Below are positions 31,137 through 38,893 of a stretch of 39,764 nt of DNA, in pieces. The stretch's first letter is position 1; every line of letters begins with the position of its first letter. A model generated the notes under the pieces. It was not told where the DNA came from. It searched no databases and saw nothing but the letters and a program-made list of their open reading frames with translations. The stretch lies in IMG/VR virus record IMGVR_UViG_3300032167_000069, one strand, 5' to 3'. This stretch comes from a virus. Lineage: Duplodnaviria; Heunggongvirae; Uroviricota; Caudoviricetes. The position numbers and the translations under genes were made by a program.

Positions 31137-31553
31137 ATATCTGTTATTAAGAGCAAAAGAAGTGAATCAAATCTGCAATTTTTAGATACAGCGTATCAGT
31201 TGCATATATTCACTATTAAACAATGTACTAAATTTCCAAAACGATACACGTTTTATATATCCCAAGAGATAACAAAAACTACAACTGAGATATTAAAATG
31301 TGTTAAGTGTGCAAACAGTATCTTCCCCACTAACGCACACGAAGTACAAATACGAAGAGATTATTTTCTTCGTGCATACGCAGAAACTCAAGCTTTGATT
31401 TCTCTAATTAACGCCGCAAAAGAGCTATTTGATATTTCAGGAGCTACTCTTACGACGTGGATGGAAACAATTCAGCTTGAGCTTAATTTATTAAGGGGAA
31501 TTATGAAAAACGATAAAAGTAGATACAAAAATCTACTTGAAGACAAATCATAA
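31137..31553 (+). CDS. avd: DGR accessory variability determinant (Avd-like four-helix bundle), copy 1; ATA start
   Basis: The frame of ORF 31200..31553 extends upstream to ATA-SVIKSKRSESNLQFLDTAYQL...FPKRYTF; SD AAAGGGTGA precedes it; in-frame TGA at 31122; lies between VR and TR. Confidence 0.85.
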   Translation: MSVIKSKRSESNLQFLDTAYQLHIFTIKQCTKFPKRYTFYISQEITKTTTEILKCVKCANSIFPTNAHEVQIRRDYFLRAYAETQALISLINAAKELFDISGATLTTWMETIQLELNLLRGIMKNDKSRYKNLLEDKS

Positions 31554-31561
31554 ATAAACTA

Positions 31562-31975
31562 TGGGGTTTGTTCTACACGTTTTCTTTGTTTGTATGAGAC
31601 TTTGTTCGTGCGGTTTACAATTGGTGGCTTCGTTCTCCGAATGCAAGCAACACTACCAACTTCTACAATGTCAATACAACAGGTAGCAACAACAACAACA
31701 ACGCCAGCAACTCGAATGGCGTTTGCTTCGGATTCTGTGGGCGACAAACAATATTGTCGTATATCAAGATCAGACAAAGTAACTTCATTTGAAGCGAAAT
31801 CAGTATCTACTACAGAAGGAGAGCAAATCCCTCCTACTAAGGTAAACAGATGCCCTGATATGACTGACCGGACGCTGCTTGCATGGTTTTGTGATGGTAT
31901 TAACAAAATTTCATGGTCATTGTTATCGGCAACCACTTATACCAAACAGGAAACTGTATGTTGTACAGGGCATAT
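31562..31975 (+). ncRNA. Putative DGR1 RNA (leader-TR-structured spacer)
   Basis: GGGGTTTGTT (31563-31572) is complementary to AGCAAATCCC (31822-31831); ATGCCCTG (31850-31857) pairs with CAGGGCAT (31966-31973); several local hairpins. Confidence 0.65.
31608..31738 (+). repeat. DGR1 template repeat (TR1)
   Basis: Non-coding copy of the VR with 39 adenines, rich in AAC/AAT including (AAC)5. Confidence 0.97.
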
Positions 31976-31986
31976 TGAGGTGAAAA

Positions 31987-33114
31987 ATGACGAGCGAAGA
32001 AAGAAAAGAGGTAAGATATCAACGCAGAAAAGCTAAACGCATAAAAGCGAAGCAAAAGCGCAACTTACAATTTGATAATTTTGAAAGTGTATTTACTTAT
32101 GACCATCTTTTTGATGCTTATAGGAAATGTCGCAGAAACGTCAGATGGAAATCAAGCACTCAAAAATACATAGCTAATGCACCATTAAATGTTCTTGAAG
32201 CATATCAAAAGCTACATAATGGAACGTTTAAAAGTGATGGTTTTTACGAATTTGACTTATATGAAAGAGGAAAACCTCGACATATACGGAGTGTTACTAT
32301 GGCTGAAAGAGTTGTTCAACGATGTTTGTGCGACCACTCTCTTGTTCCTGTTTTAACGAACACATTTATTTATGACAATGGTGCCAGTCTAAAAGATAAA
32401 GGTTACAGTTTTGCAGTTAATCGTATCATACGACATATACATTGGCACTATCGAAATTACGGAAGTACAGGATATGTTTTACTATTTGATTTTTCAAGTT
32501 TCTTTGATAGTATTCCACATACTTTAATCAAAGAAATACTTGCCGAGGAATACACCGACAAAAGACTTATTGCACTTATTGAACATTTCGTAGATATGTT
32601 CGGTGACATAGGGCTTGGATTAGGAAGTCAAATATCTCAAGTTTTGGCTCTTGCTTCAGCAAACAGATTAGACCATTTTGTAAAAGAAAAGTTGCAAATT
32701 AAATGCTACGGAAGATATATGGATGATGGTTACTTAATTCATCACGACAAACAATATTTGATTGAATGCTTAGAAAAGTTAAAACAAAAATGTGATGAGC
32801 TCGGATTAAATCTAAACTTAAAGAAAACACACATTGTTCCATTAACCAGAGATTTTCAGTGGTTGAAAATTAAATTCAGACTTACTGACTCTGGATATAT
32901 TGTAAAAAGGGTTTGGAAGAAAAGTGTTGTTCGTATGCGTAGAAAAATGAAAAAATTAAAGAAAAAGCTTGATGCTGGGTTGGTAACATTCCCTGATATC
33001 GTCGCATCGTATGAATCGTGGAAAAGTCATACACTAAAGCTTAATGTATATAAGACTATTTCCTCTATGGATAAATTGTATTTTACCTTATTTCAAAGAG
33101 AGGTGACTGTATGA
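31987..33114 (+). CDS. DGR reverse transcriptase 1
   Basis: 375 aa; LFDFSSFF, GLGLGSQISQ (DGR-type GxxxSQ) and YGRYMDD motifs; basic C-terminus; no endonuclease domain. Confidence 0.97.
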   Translation: MTSEERKEVRYQRRKAKRIKAKQKRNLQFDNFESVFTYDHLFDAYRKCRRNVRWKSSTQKYIANAPLNVLEAYQKLHNGTFKSDGFYEFDLYERGKPRHIRSVTMAERVVQRCLCDHSLVPVLTNTFIYDNGASLKDKGYSFAVNRIIRHIHWHYRNYGSTGYVLLFDFSSFFDSIPHTLIKEILAEEYTDKRLIALIEHFVDMFGDIGLGLGSQISQVLALASANRLDHFVKEKLQIKCYGRYMDDGYLIHHDKQYLIECLEKLKQKCDELGLNLNLKKTHIVPLTRDFQWLKIKFRLTDSGYIVKRVWKKSVVRMRRKMKKLKKKLDAGLVTFPDIVASYESWKSHTLKLNVYKTISSMDKLYFTLFQREVTV

Positions 33115-33893
33115 ACTTTTATAAAGTCGTTTTAAACGATAAGATTATAGACGTTCTTGAAAATCCTGCTTGGGTAAAACAAAGCAAAAATGGCTTGATA
33201 GTTCTCTGTGAGGTTACAGAAGCAATTGGTATTGTTTCATCTGATTCAGAAACAATTCTACATATTGAAGGCAAACCGCCTTTTTCTAATGCTGAATATC
33301 AAGATGTCATTTTGGCTGATATTACCGAGGATGAAGCCGAAGAGCTTAAAGTTCTATTAAATTTGGGTGCTGATATAACCGATTCCGATGAAAATGTTGA
33401 ATGGACTGAGGACGAGGTAGTTGAAGAGCCAATTGAAGAGGATGCTACTTTAGCTGAAGTTAAAGAACGTCATTTGGAAAGGCTCAGTAACGATTGCCAG
33501 AACACTATATATGCTGGTATCAATGTTACATTAACCGATGGCTCTGTTCGTCACTTTGATTTGGAGATTGAAGACCAACTTAATTTGCTAACTTTGTCAA
33601 CACTGGTGGCAACTGGAGAAACTTCTATTCCTTATCACGCTTCGGACGAACTTTGCACTTATTACAGTGTTGAAGATATATTAAAAATAATTGACACCGC
33701 AACAGTTTTCAAAACATATCATACTTCCTATTACAACAGCTTAAAAAACTGGGTTATGTCTATGGATAGTATCGCAGAGGTTGGAAATGTTGTTTACGGT
33801 GTAGAAATTCCGCCTGAATACTGTTCCGAGGTTCTATTGGAGCTTATGCAAAAGTTAAGTGCAGAAGGTGTTGTAAATGAAATGGCTGAGTAA
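33111..33893 (+). CDS. DUF4376-like protein (putative tail fibre assembly factor)
   Basis: 260 aa, ATGA overlap with the RT1 stop; C-terminal LAEVKERHLERLSNDCQNTIYAG...HFDLEIEDQLNL pattern. Confidence 0.55.
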   Translation: MNFYKVVLNDKIIDVLENPAWVKQSKNGLIVLCEVTEAIGIVSSDSETILHIEGKPPFSNAEYQDVILADITEDEAEELKVLLNLGADITDSDENVEWTEDEVVEEPIEEDATLAEVKERHLERLSNDCQNTIYAGINVTLTDGSVRHFDLEIEDQLNLLTLSTLVATGETSIPYHASDELCTYYSVEDILKIIDTATVFKTYHTSYYNSLKNWVMSMDSIAEVGNVVYGVEIPPEYCSEVLLELMQKLSAEGVVNEMAE

Positions 33894-34305
33894 GCATTTC
33901 GTTCTCTTTCTGATAGGCGGAACTTTATATATCATCATTGAAATTATATGGAGAAAGATATTTGGAAGTCAACCCACTCATTGGACTATGTTTCTACTGG
34001 GTGGATTGGCTTTTATATTTATTGGATTAATCAACGAATATTTACCGTGGAAAACTCCACTTTGGCTTCAATGTTTGATAGGAACTCTTTTGGTACTCTT
34101 ACTTGAATTTGTTTTTGGATGCGTATTAAATTTATGGTTAAATCTCAATATTTGGGATTATTCCAACACTCCATTTAACATCTTAGGACAAGTTTGTCTG
34201 CCATTTGCTTTTGCTTGGTATTTCTTAACCGCAGTTGCAATTATATTGGACGACTACCTAAGATATTGGCTATTCAACGAAGAGAAACCAAAATATTATA
34301 TTTAA
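33877..34305 (+). CDS. Four-TM membrane protein (ABC_trans_CmpB-like family)
   Basis: LFLIGGTLYIIIEIIWR...THWTMFLLGG...WDYSNTPFNILGQVCLPF motif. Confidence 0.75.
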   Translation: MKWLSKHFVLFLIGGTLYIIIEIIWRKIFGSQPTHWTMFLLGGLAFIFIGLINEYLPWKTPLWLQCLIGTLLVLLLEFVFGCVLNLWLNLNIWDYSNTPFNILGQVCLPFAFAWYFLTAVAIILDDYLRYWLFNEEKPKYYI

Positions 34306-34317
34306 GGAGCGTTATGA

Positions 34318-34731
34318 ATGAATCAAAGGTCTCAGGAAATTTTTAATAAGAACGACGAACTAAAAGTAATCGTTCTCACTAAAAGGCTTATAAAGCACAC
34401 AATGAAACTTACAAATAATTCTGAACGCTATCCTAAGAAAGCACGATTTACTCTTGTTGACCCAATGCAGAAAACTGTCATTGAAATATACAAACTTTTA
34501 ATGAAAGCAAATTATATGAACACAAATATAAAAGCCCAGTTTGACAGAAGACAACTCTGTCAGTCTGAGGCTATTTATATGTGTGATATTCTTTTGCTCT
34601 ACATTGAGCTTTCACTTGATGAAAATTATATAAATGACAAGAGCTGCGAGTATTGGGTTAGACAGGTTATGGATGTAAAAAGAATGATACTGTCGTGGAA
34701 AAATGCAGACAGTAAACGTTCTAATTTTTAA
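34318..34731 (+). CDS. avd: DGR accessory variability determinant (Avd-like), copy 2
   Basis: 137 aa; ELKVIVLTKRLIKHT...YPKKARFTLVDPMQ...YWVRQVMDVKRMILSWK; directly upstream of a TR-like sequence and an RT. Confidence 0.9.
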   Translation: MNQRSQEIFNKNDELKVIVLTKRLIKHTMKLTNNSERYPKKARFTLVDPMQKTVIEIYKLLMKANYMNTNIKAQFDRRQLCQSEAIYMCDILLLYIELSLDENYINDKSCEYWVRQVMDVKRMILSWKNADSKRSNF

Positions 34732-34738
34732 TATACAT

Positions 34739-34960
34739 TGGGGTATGTTTTGAAATATTGCTCCGTTCTCCCAATGCCGACAATGGTTACAACGTCAGGT
34801 ACGTCAATCGTGACGGTGATTACAACTATTGCAATGCGTATAATGGCATTTTGGGTGTCCGTCCCGCTTCGGTGATATGATTAGACTAAGTAAGCAATAG
34901 GCTGAAAACAACATCTTCACTACCAAAGGAAAGCATATCCCGTCCTTTATAGGATAAATA
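34739..34960 (+). ncRNA. Putative DGR2 RNA scaffold
   Basis: GGGGTATGTT (34740-34749) is complementary to AGCATATCCC (34932-34941); the spacer aligns with the DGR1 spacer. Confidence 0.65.
34761..34870 (+). repeat. DGR2 template repeat (TR2), boundaries approximate
   Basis: Non-coding segment between avd2 and RT2 that translates as LRSPNADNGYNVRYVNRDGDYNYCNAYNGILGVRPAS, in the same lectin-fold register as TR1. Confidence 0.85.
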
Positions 34961-35034
34961 CAAAACCGTTGATGCACTGTGTCTTTGAACACTGGCTATA
35001 CACAATGGAAACTGAATTTAAGGAGTATGAGAAA

Positions 35035-36141
35035 ATGTACGAAGAAATTTATGGATTTTCAAATATAAAACGAGCATTTTATAATTCTCGGCACGGCAAG
35101 CTTAATAATCCTTCTGCAAACAAATTTGAAATTAATATGCTTACTGAATGCGTGCAATTATCTGATGAATTAAAAGATAGACATTACTCTACTGGGAAAT
35201 CAAACAAATTTACTGTTTATTATCCCAAAGAAAGAAATATAGAGTCCTGCCCTTTTAAAGATAAGATAGTTCAACATTCGTATTGTGACAACGTTTTATA
35301 TCCTATGGTTTGCAACAAATTTATATATGACAATTATGCGTCACAATTTGGTAAAGGAATTCATTTTGGTTTGGATAGATTACAGGGGCATTTACGTCAC
35401 TATTTCTTTTCAAACAAAGCCGCTGCTGAAAAATATAGAAGAGAAAATAATTTACCTTTCGTGCCGGTTGAGCAAGGTCATTATGCTGACGGGTGGATTT
35501 TAAAGTGTGATATTAAAAAATTCTTTGCTCACATCAACCACGATTTGGTAAAAGAGAAGATACATAAATTATTCGACAATGCAGATATCGAATGGCTATC
35601 TAATATCATTATTGATTCTGTCAGCATAGATAATGGTGTTGGACTCCCTATCGGGTATCAAAGCAGTCAATTATACGCCTTAATATTACTTAATGATATG
35701 GATCATCTTATAAAAGAAAAATTACATATTAAAGGCTACGGCAGATATGTTGATGATTTTTATTTAATACACAAAGACAAAGCATATTTGCAATATTGCC
35801 TCAAAGTCATTACCGACTATTTGACGGAGTATGGTTTGGAGCTTAATAAGAAAACACAAATTCTTCCGATGAAGAACGGAATTGACTTTCTGGGATTTCA
35901 TACCTATCTGACAGATACGGGTAAGGTGGTCTGCAAGCTTCGTAAAAGAAGCAAGGAGAATGTTAAACGCAAATTAAAGAAATTTGCAAAATGTTACAGT
36001 GAGGGCACGATGACTATGAGAAAAATCAAGGATTCGTATTGTAGTTGGCGTGCCCACGCTTCATATGGAAATACATATCATTTAATTCGTAAAATGGACA
36101 ACTATTATTTTGAATTATTTGGTCAGCATTTTAATGATTGA
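35035..36141 (+). CDS. DGR reverse transcriptase 2
   Basis: LKCDIKKFF, GLPIGYQSSQ and YGRYVDD motifs. ATG at 35035 has an AAGGAG SD; alternative in-frame starts at 34969 and 35005. Confidence 0.95.
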   Translation: MYEEIYGFSNIKRAFYNSRHGKLNNPSANKFEINMLTECVQLSDELKDRHYSTGKSNKFTVYYPKERNIESCPFKDKIVQHSYCDNVLYPMVCNKFIYDNYASQFGKGIHFGLDRLQGHLRHYFFSNKAAAEKYRRENNLPFVPVEQGHYADGWILKCDIKKFFAHINHDLVKEKIHKLFDNADIEWLSNIIIDSVSIDNGVGLPIGYQSSQLYALILLNDMDHLIKEKLHIKGYGRYVDDFYLIHKDKAYLQYCLKVITDYLTEYGLELNKKTQILPMKNGIDFLGFHTYLTDTGKVVCKLRKRSKENVKRKLKKFAKCYSEGTMTMRKIKDSYCSWRAHASYGNTYHLIRKMDNYYFELFGQHFND

Positions 36142-36155
36142 GGGAGGTAATTCTT

Positions 36156-36449
36156 TTGAAGTTTATTGCTAATCTCATAAAAAAGATTAAAAAACATAAT
36201 GAGCAAGAGTACCACAAAAGAATGCTCAACTTTATATTGGTTAACTCAATTGCTATGATGTGGTGCTCATATATATTGGCGTGGTTTGGTAAAACCGAAA
36301 TTGCGGAAACACTTTCAAAGACCATTGTGACCGCAGTAATAGGTGTAGTTATCCCCTATTTTGTCACAAAAACAATTGAAAACGTGAGTAAATATGGAAG
36401 CAGACTTAACCACACCACAAAAGAACAAGAAAATAATCGAGATTGTTAG
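36156..36449 (+). CDS. Small two-TM membrane protein (holin-like, putative)
   Basis: TTG at 36156 behind GGGAGGT; two hydrophobic helices; start of the lysis cassette. Confidence 0.55.
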   Translation: MKFIANLIKKIKKHNEQEYHKRMLNFILVNSIAMMWCSYILAWFGKTEIAETLSKTIVTAVIGVVIPYFVTKTIENVSKYGSRLNHTTKEQENNRDC

Positions 36450-36460
36450 GAGGAAACGAT

Positions 36461-36640
36461 ATGGCTAACACAATAAGAGATAACACGCCCGATGTATGGG
36501 CTGAAGAGGCTATTAATTGGGCTGTTGAGAACAAAATCCTATTCGGTGATGATACAGGAAATTATAAACTACACGACATTTGTACACGGCAGGAAGTTTT
36601 GATTTTTATTAACAGACTTTATAACTTGATGAACTCGTAA
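36461..36640 (+). CDS. Stand-alone SLH-like domain protein (59 aa)
   Basis: AGGAGG RBS; WAEEAINWAVENKILFGD...TRQEV motif; 28/49 aa identical to the endolysin C-terminus. Confidence 0.75.
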   Translation: MANTIRDNTPDVWAEEAINWAVENKILFGDDTGNYKLHDICTRQEVLIFINRLYNLMNS

Positions 36641-36657
36641 GATAAGGCGGTGATTAT

Positions 36658-37665
36658 ATGAATCTAATACAAAGTATTATGACTCAAAATCCGTGTTATA
36701 AATCGGGCAGAAAAATTACTGTAAAAGGCTTGATGTTACATAGCGTTGGCTGTCCTCAGCCATCGGCAGAAGTTTTCATTCGTAATTGGAATAAGCCTAC
36801 GTATAATACTGCTTGTGTTCACGGGTTTATTGATGCTAATAATGGTAATGTATATCAGTGCCTACCTTGGAATCACAGAGGATGGCACGGTGGCGGTTCT
36901 TCAAACAATACTCATATCGGTATAGAAATGTGTGAGCCTTCTTGTATTAAATATACAGGGGGTTCTTCTTTTACTTGCTCGGATACTGCAAAAGCAAAAG
37001 CCTGTGTCAAAAGAACGTATGATGCGGCAGTTGAGTTATTTGCATATCTCTGCAAGGAATACGGTTTAAACCCGCTTGGAGACGGCGTAATCGTCTCGCA
37101 CAGGGAAGGACACAAGAGAGGTATAGCAAGTAACCACGGAGACCCTGAGCACCTCTGGAACGGCTTAAATATGGGTTATACGATGGATGGTTTCAGAAAA
37201 GATGTTTACAACGCAATAAATGGTTCTGTGGATTTTGCTGAACAGGCTGTAAATCTTTATGGAAAAGTAATTGCAACTACATTAAATGTGAGAAAAATGC
37301 CTACCACATCTTCTTCTATTATCGGACAACATACCGCTGGAGATGAAGTTATCATTTCGGCAAAGACAAGTAATGGTTGGTATAGAGTAGAATATCCTGA
37401 AATTGGTACTGGCTATTTATATGCAGAATATGTTGAAACAGTCAATCTTGATACACCGAAACCCGAACCTACACCACCAGTTGAAGAAGTTGTTGATAAC
37501 GGTGTAGACAATTCCCCTGATGAATGGGCAATTGATGCAGTACAGAGTGCGTTAGATAAAGGCATTTTATTCGGCGACGATAAAGGAAACCTAAAACTGC
37601 ACACAAACTGTACAAGACAGGATGTTATTGTTTTTCTTCACAGATTATATAAAAATATGACTTGA
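36658..37665 (+). CDS. Endolysin: N-acetylmuramoyl-L-alanine amidase with SH3-like and SLH-like domains
   Basis: Amidase_2-type motifs LMLHSVG, WHGG...IGIEMCE and H...HGDP; LNVRK...GWY SH3-like segment; Pro-rich linker; C-terminal SLH. Confidence 0.92.
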   Translation: MNLIQSIMTQNPCYKSGRKITVKGLMLHSVGCPQPSAEVFIRNWNKPTYNTACVHGFIDANNGNVYQCLPWNHRGWHGGGSSNNTHIGIEMCEPSCIKYTGGSSFTCSDTAKAKACVKRTYDAAVELFAYLCKEYGLNPLGDGVIVSHREGHKRGIASNHGDPEHLWNGLNMGYTMDGFRKDVYNAINGSVDFAEQAVNLYGKVIATTLNVRKMPTTSSSIIGQHTAGDEVIISAKTSNGWYRVEYPEIGTGYLYAEYVETVNLDTPKPEPTPPVEEVVDNGVDNSPDEWAIDAVQSALDKGILFGDDKGNLKLHTNCTRQDVIVFLHRLYKNMT

Positions 37666-37682
37666 TAAAGGAGAATTGCTCT

Positions 37683-38051
37683 ATGAATAACATAGTAAAT
37701 TTTTTAGTTACATATTGGGCTGAAATTGTTTGGTTAATCGCTATCGTTGTAATTACTGTGGTTGCGGTGAAAGAATTCATTCCGCTTTCTAAAGACGAAC
37801 AGTATGAACAGATTAAGGGTTGGCTTCTTGGAGCTGTAACTCTTGCCGAAAAAGAATATGGTAGTGGCACAGGAAAAATTAAACTATCAACGGTTTACGA
37901 TAAATTTGTTGAAAAATTCCCGTGGATAGCAAAAGTATTAACCTTTGAAATGTTTAGTAAATATGTAGACGACGCACTTGTAGAAATGAGAAATCTTCTT
38001 TCTACAAATGAAGATGTTGCATCTATTGTTTCTCCGGACAAGGAGGGATAA
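37683..38051 (+). CDS. Holin (LL-H-like, putative)
   Basis: One N-terminal TM helix then AVTLAEKEYGSGTGKIKLSTVY; AAGGAG RBS; adjacent to the endolysin. Confidence 0.7.
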   Translation: MNNIVNFLVTYWAEIVWLIAIVVITVVAVKEFIPLSKDEQYEQIKGWLLGAVTLAEKEYGSGTGKIKLSTVYDKFVEKFPWIAKVLTFEMFSKYVDDALVEMRNLLSTNEDVASIVSPDKEG

Positions 38052-38054
38052 TAG

Positions 38055-38603
38055 ATGAAGGGAATGGATGAATTTTTAAAGCTATTTGGTGATGTCACCA
38101 TTCTGCACGTTGTAGAAATCATACTTGCTGGAGTTTTTCTTTATATGGTTTACAAAAAGATTCGTGAACATATGATAAACGTACACGAATCTGAAAGAAA
38201 ACACGAAGAGCAGTTAAACGAAGCTCTTAGTGCAGTAAGAAAATATCCTGAATATCGTCAACAAAGTGTTGAGATACAACACGAATTAAAAAGCGAAATT
38301 CAAGGTTTAAGAGAGCTTCAAATGGATTTAGCACAGCATATGAAGCAACTTGACGAAAGAATGTCAAAGTCTGAGGAAAGTGCTAAAACAAAAGAAAGAA
38401 ATAGGCTTGAAGATAAATTGCTTGAACATTACAGGCATTATACAAATCCCAACTCCAACCCTTCCCTATCTTGGACAAAAATGGAGTCAGATGCCTTCTG
38501 GCGTTTGTTTAAAGATTATGAGGATGTGGACGGAGATGGATATATGCACAGCATCGTTCAGCCTGCTATGAATAAATTAACAATCATAGATGTTGGACAC
38601 TAA
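38055..38603 (+). CDS. Hypothetical membrane-anchored coiled-coil protein (lysis module)
   Basis: 182 aa, N-terminal TM helix followed by a coiled coil. Confidence 0.7.
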   Translation: MKGMDEFLKLFGDVTILHVVEIILAGVFLYMVYKKIREHMINVHESERKHEEQLNEALSAVRKYPEYRQQSVEIQHELKSEIQGLRELQMDLAQHMKQLDERMSKSEESAKTKERNRLEDKLLEHYRHYTNPNSNPSLSWTKMESDAFWRLFKDYEDVDGDGYMHSIVQPAMNKLTIIDVGH

Positions 38604-38666
38604 TTGTCGGAACGGAGACTTAAAACCCGTATCGAGCGGACGTAACTACCGTCCTAAAACATAATA

Positions 38667-38703
38667 GGGAGCTACAATTTTCATTGTTGGCTCCCAACTT
38701 TTT
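38667..38703 (+). terminator. Terminator ending the late operon
   Basis: GGGAGC-t-ACAAT-tttc-ATTGT-tg-GCTCCC followed by AACTTTTT. Confidence 0.75.
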
Positions 38704-38736
38704 ACCGCTAAATGTTTATAAAATTCCCGTTTCATA

Positions 38737-38765
38737 TTGACTTTAGGGAATAATTATGATATAAT
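38737..38765 (+). promoter_or_regulatory. SigA-type promoter upstream of the integrase
   Basis: TTGACT (38737-38742), 17-bp spacer with TG extension, TATAAT (38760-38765). Confidence 0.8.
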
Positions 38766-38893
38766 ATTTTATTATTCCGTTCCTCTGTGAACGCAAAGTC
38801 GAGGTTTTATCCGACGCAATTTATATATCACGATGGTGCTATGTAGTTGTGTCGGATTTTTTTGCGCCATCAGAAAGGAGGAACTGTACTCAA

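Larger units (their letters stand above)
30848..33114 (+). mobile_element. Diversity-generating retroelement 1 (VR-avd-TR-RT)
   Basis: All four components present in order, with adenine-specific TR/VR divergence. Confidence 0.97.
34318..36141 (+). mobile_element. Diversity-generating retroelement 2 (avd-TR-RT), no target found in window
   Basis: Intact avd, TR-like repeat and intact DGR-type RT. Confidence 0.9.

Noticed and set aside
31688-31703. (AAC)5 as a phase-variation microsatellite
   Set aside because: Fully explained as Asn codons of TR1; the VR has the same length.
31559-32036. ORFs 31590..32036 (+) and 31559..31936 (-) over TR1
   Set aside because: Shadow frames created by the AAC-rich template repeat; no convincing RBS, and they overlap the RNA scaffold and the RT start.
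34761-34870. TR2 as a second template for VR1
   Set aside because: Only CGTTCTCC and the codon register are shared; there are many mismatches at non-A positions and a one-codon length difference.
31987-36141. RTs as group II intron, retron or Abi RTs
   Set aside because: Both are under 400 aa with the DGR-type GxxxSQ motif, flanked by avd and TR; no intron domain V, no endonuclease domain and no retron VTG motif seen.
38604-38666. GACTTAAAA resembling a tRNA-Leu anticodon loop
   Set aside because: Flanks do not form an anticodon stem and there is no T-loop or acceptor stem; only a short GGACG/CGTCC hairpin is present.
38775-38810. ACGCAAAGTC resembling a c-di-GMP-I riboswitch
   Set aside because: The upstream GCAAAC and GAAA-tetraloop P2 elements are missing.
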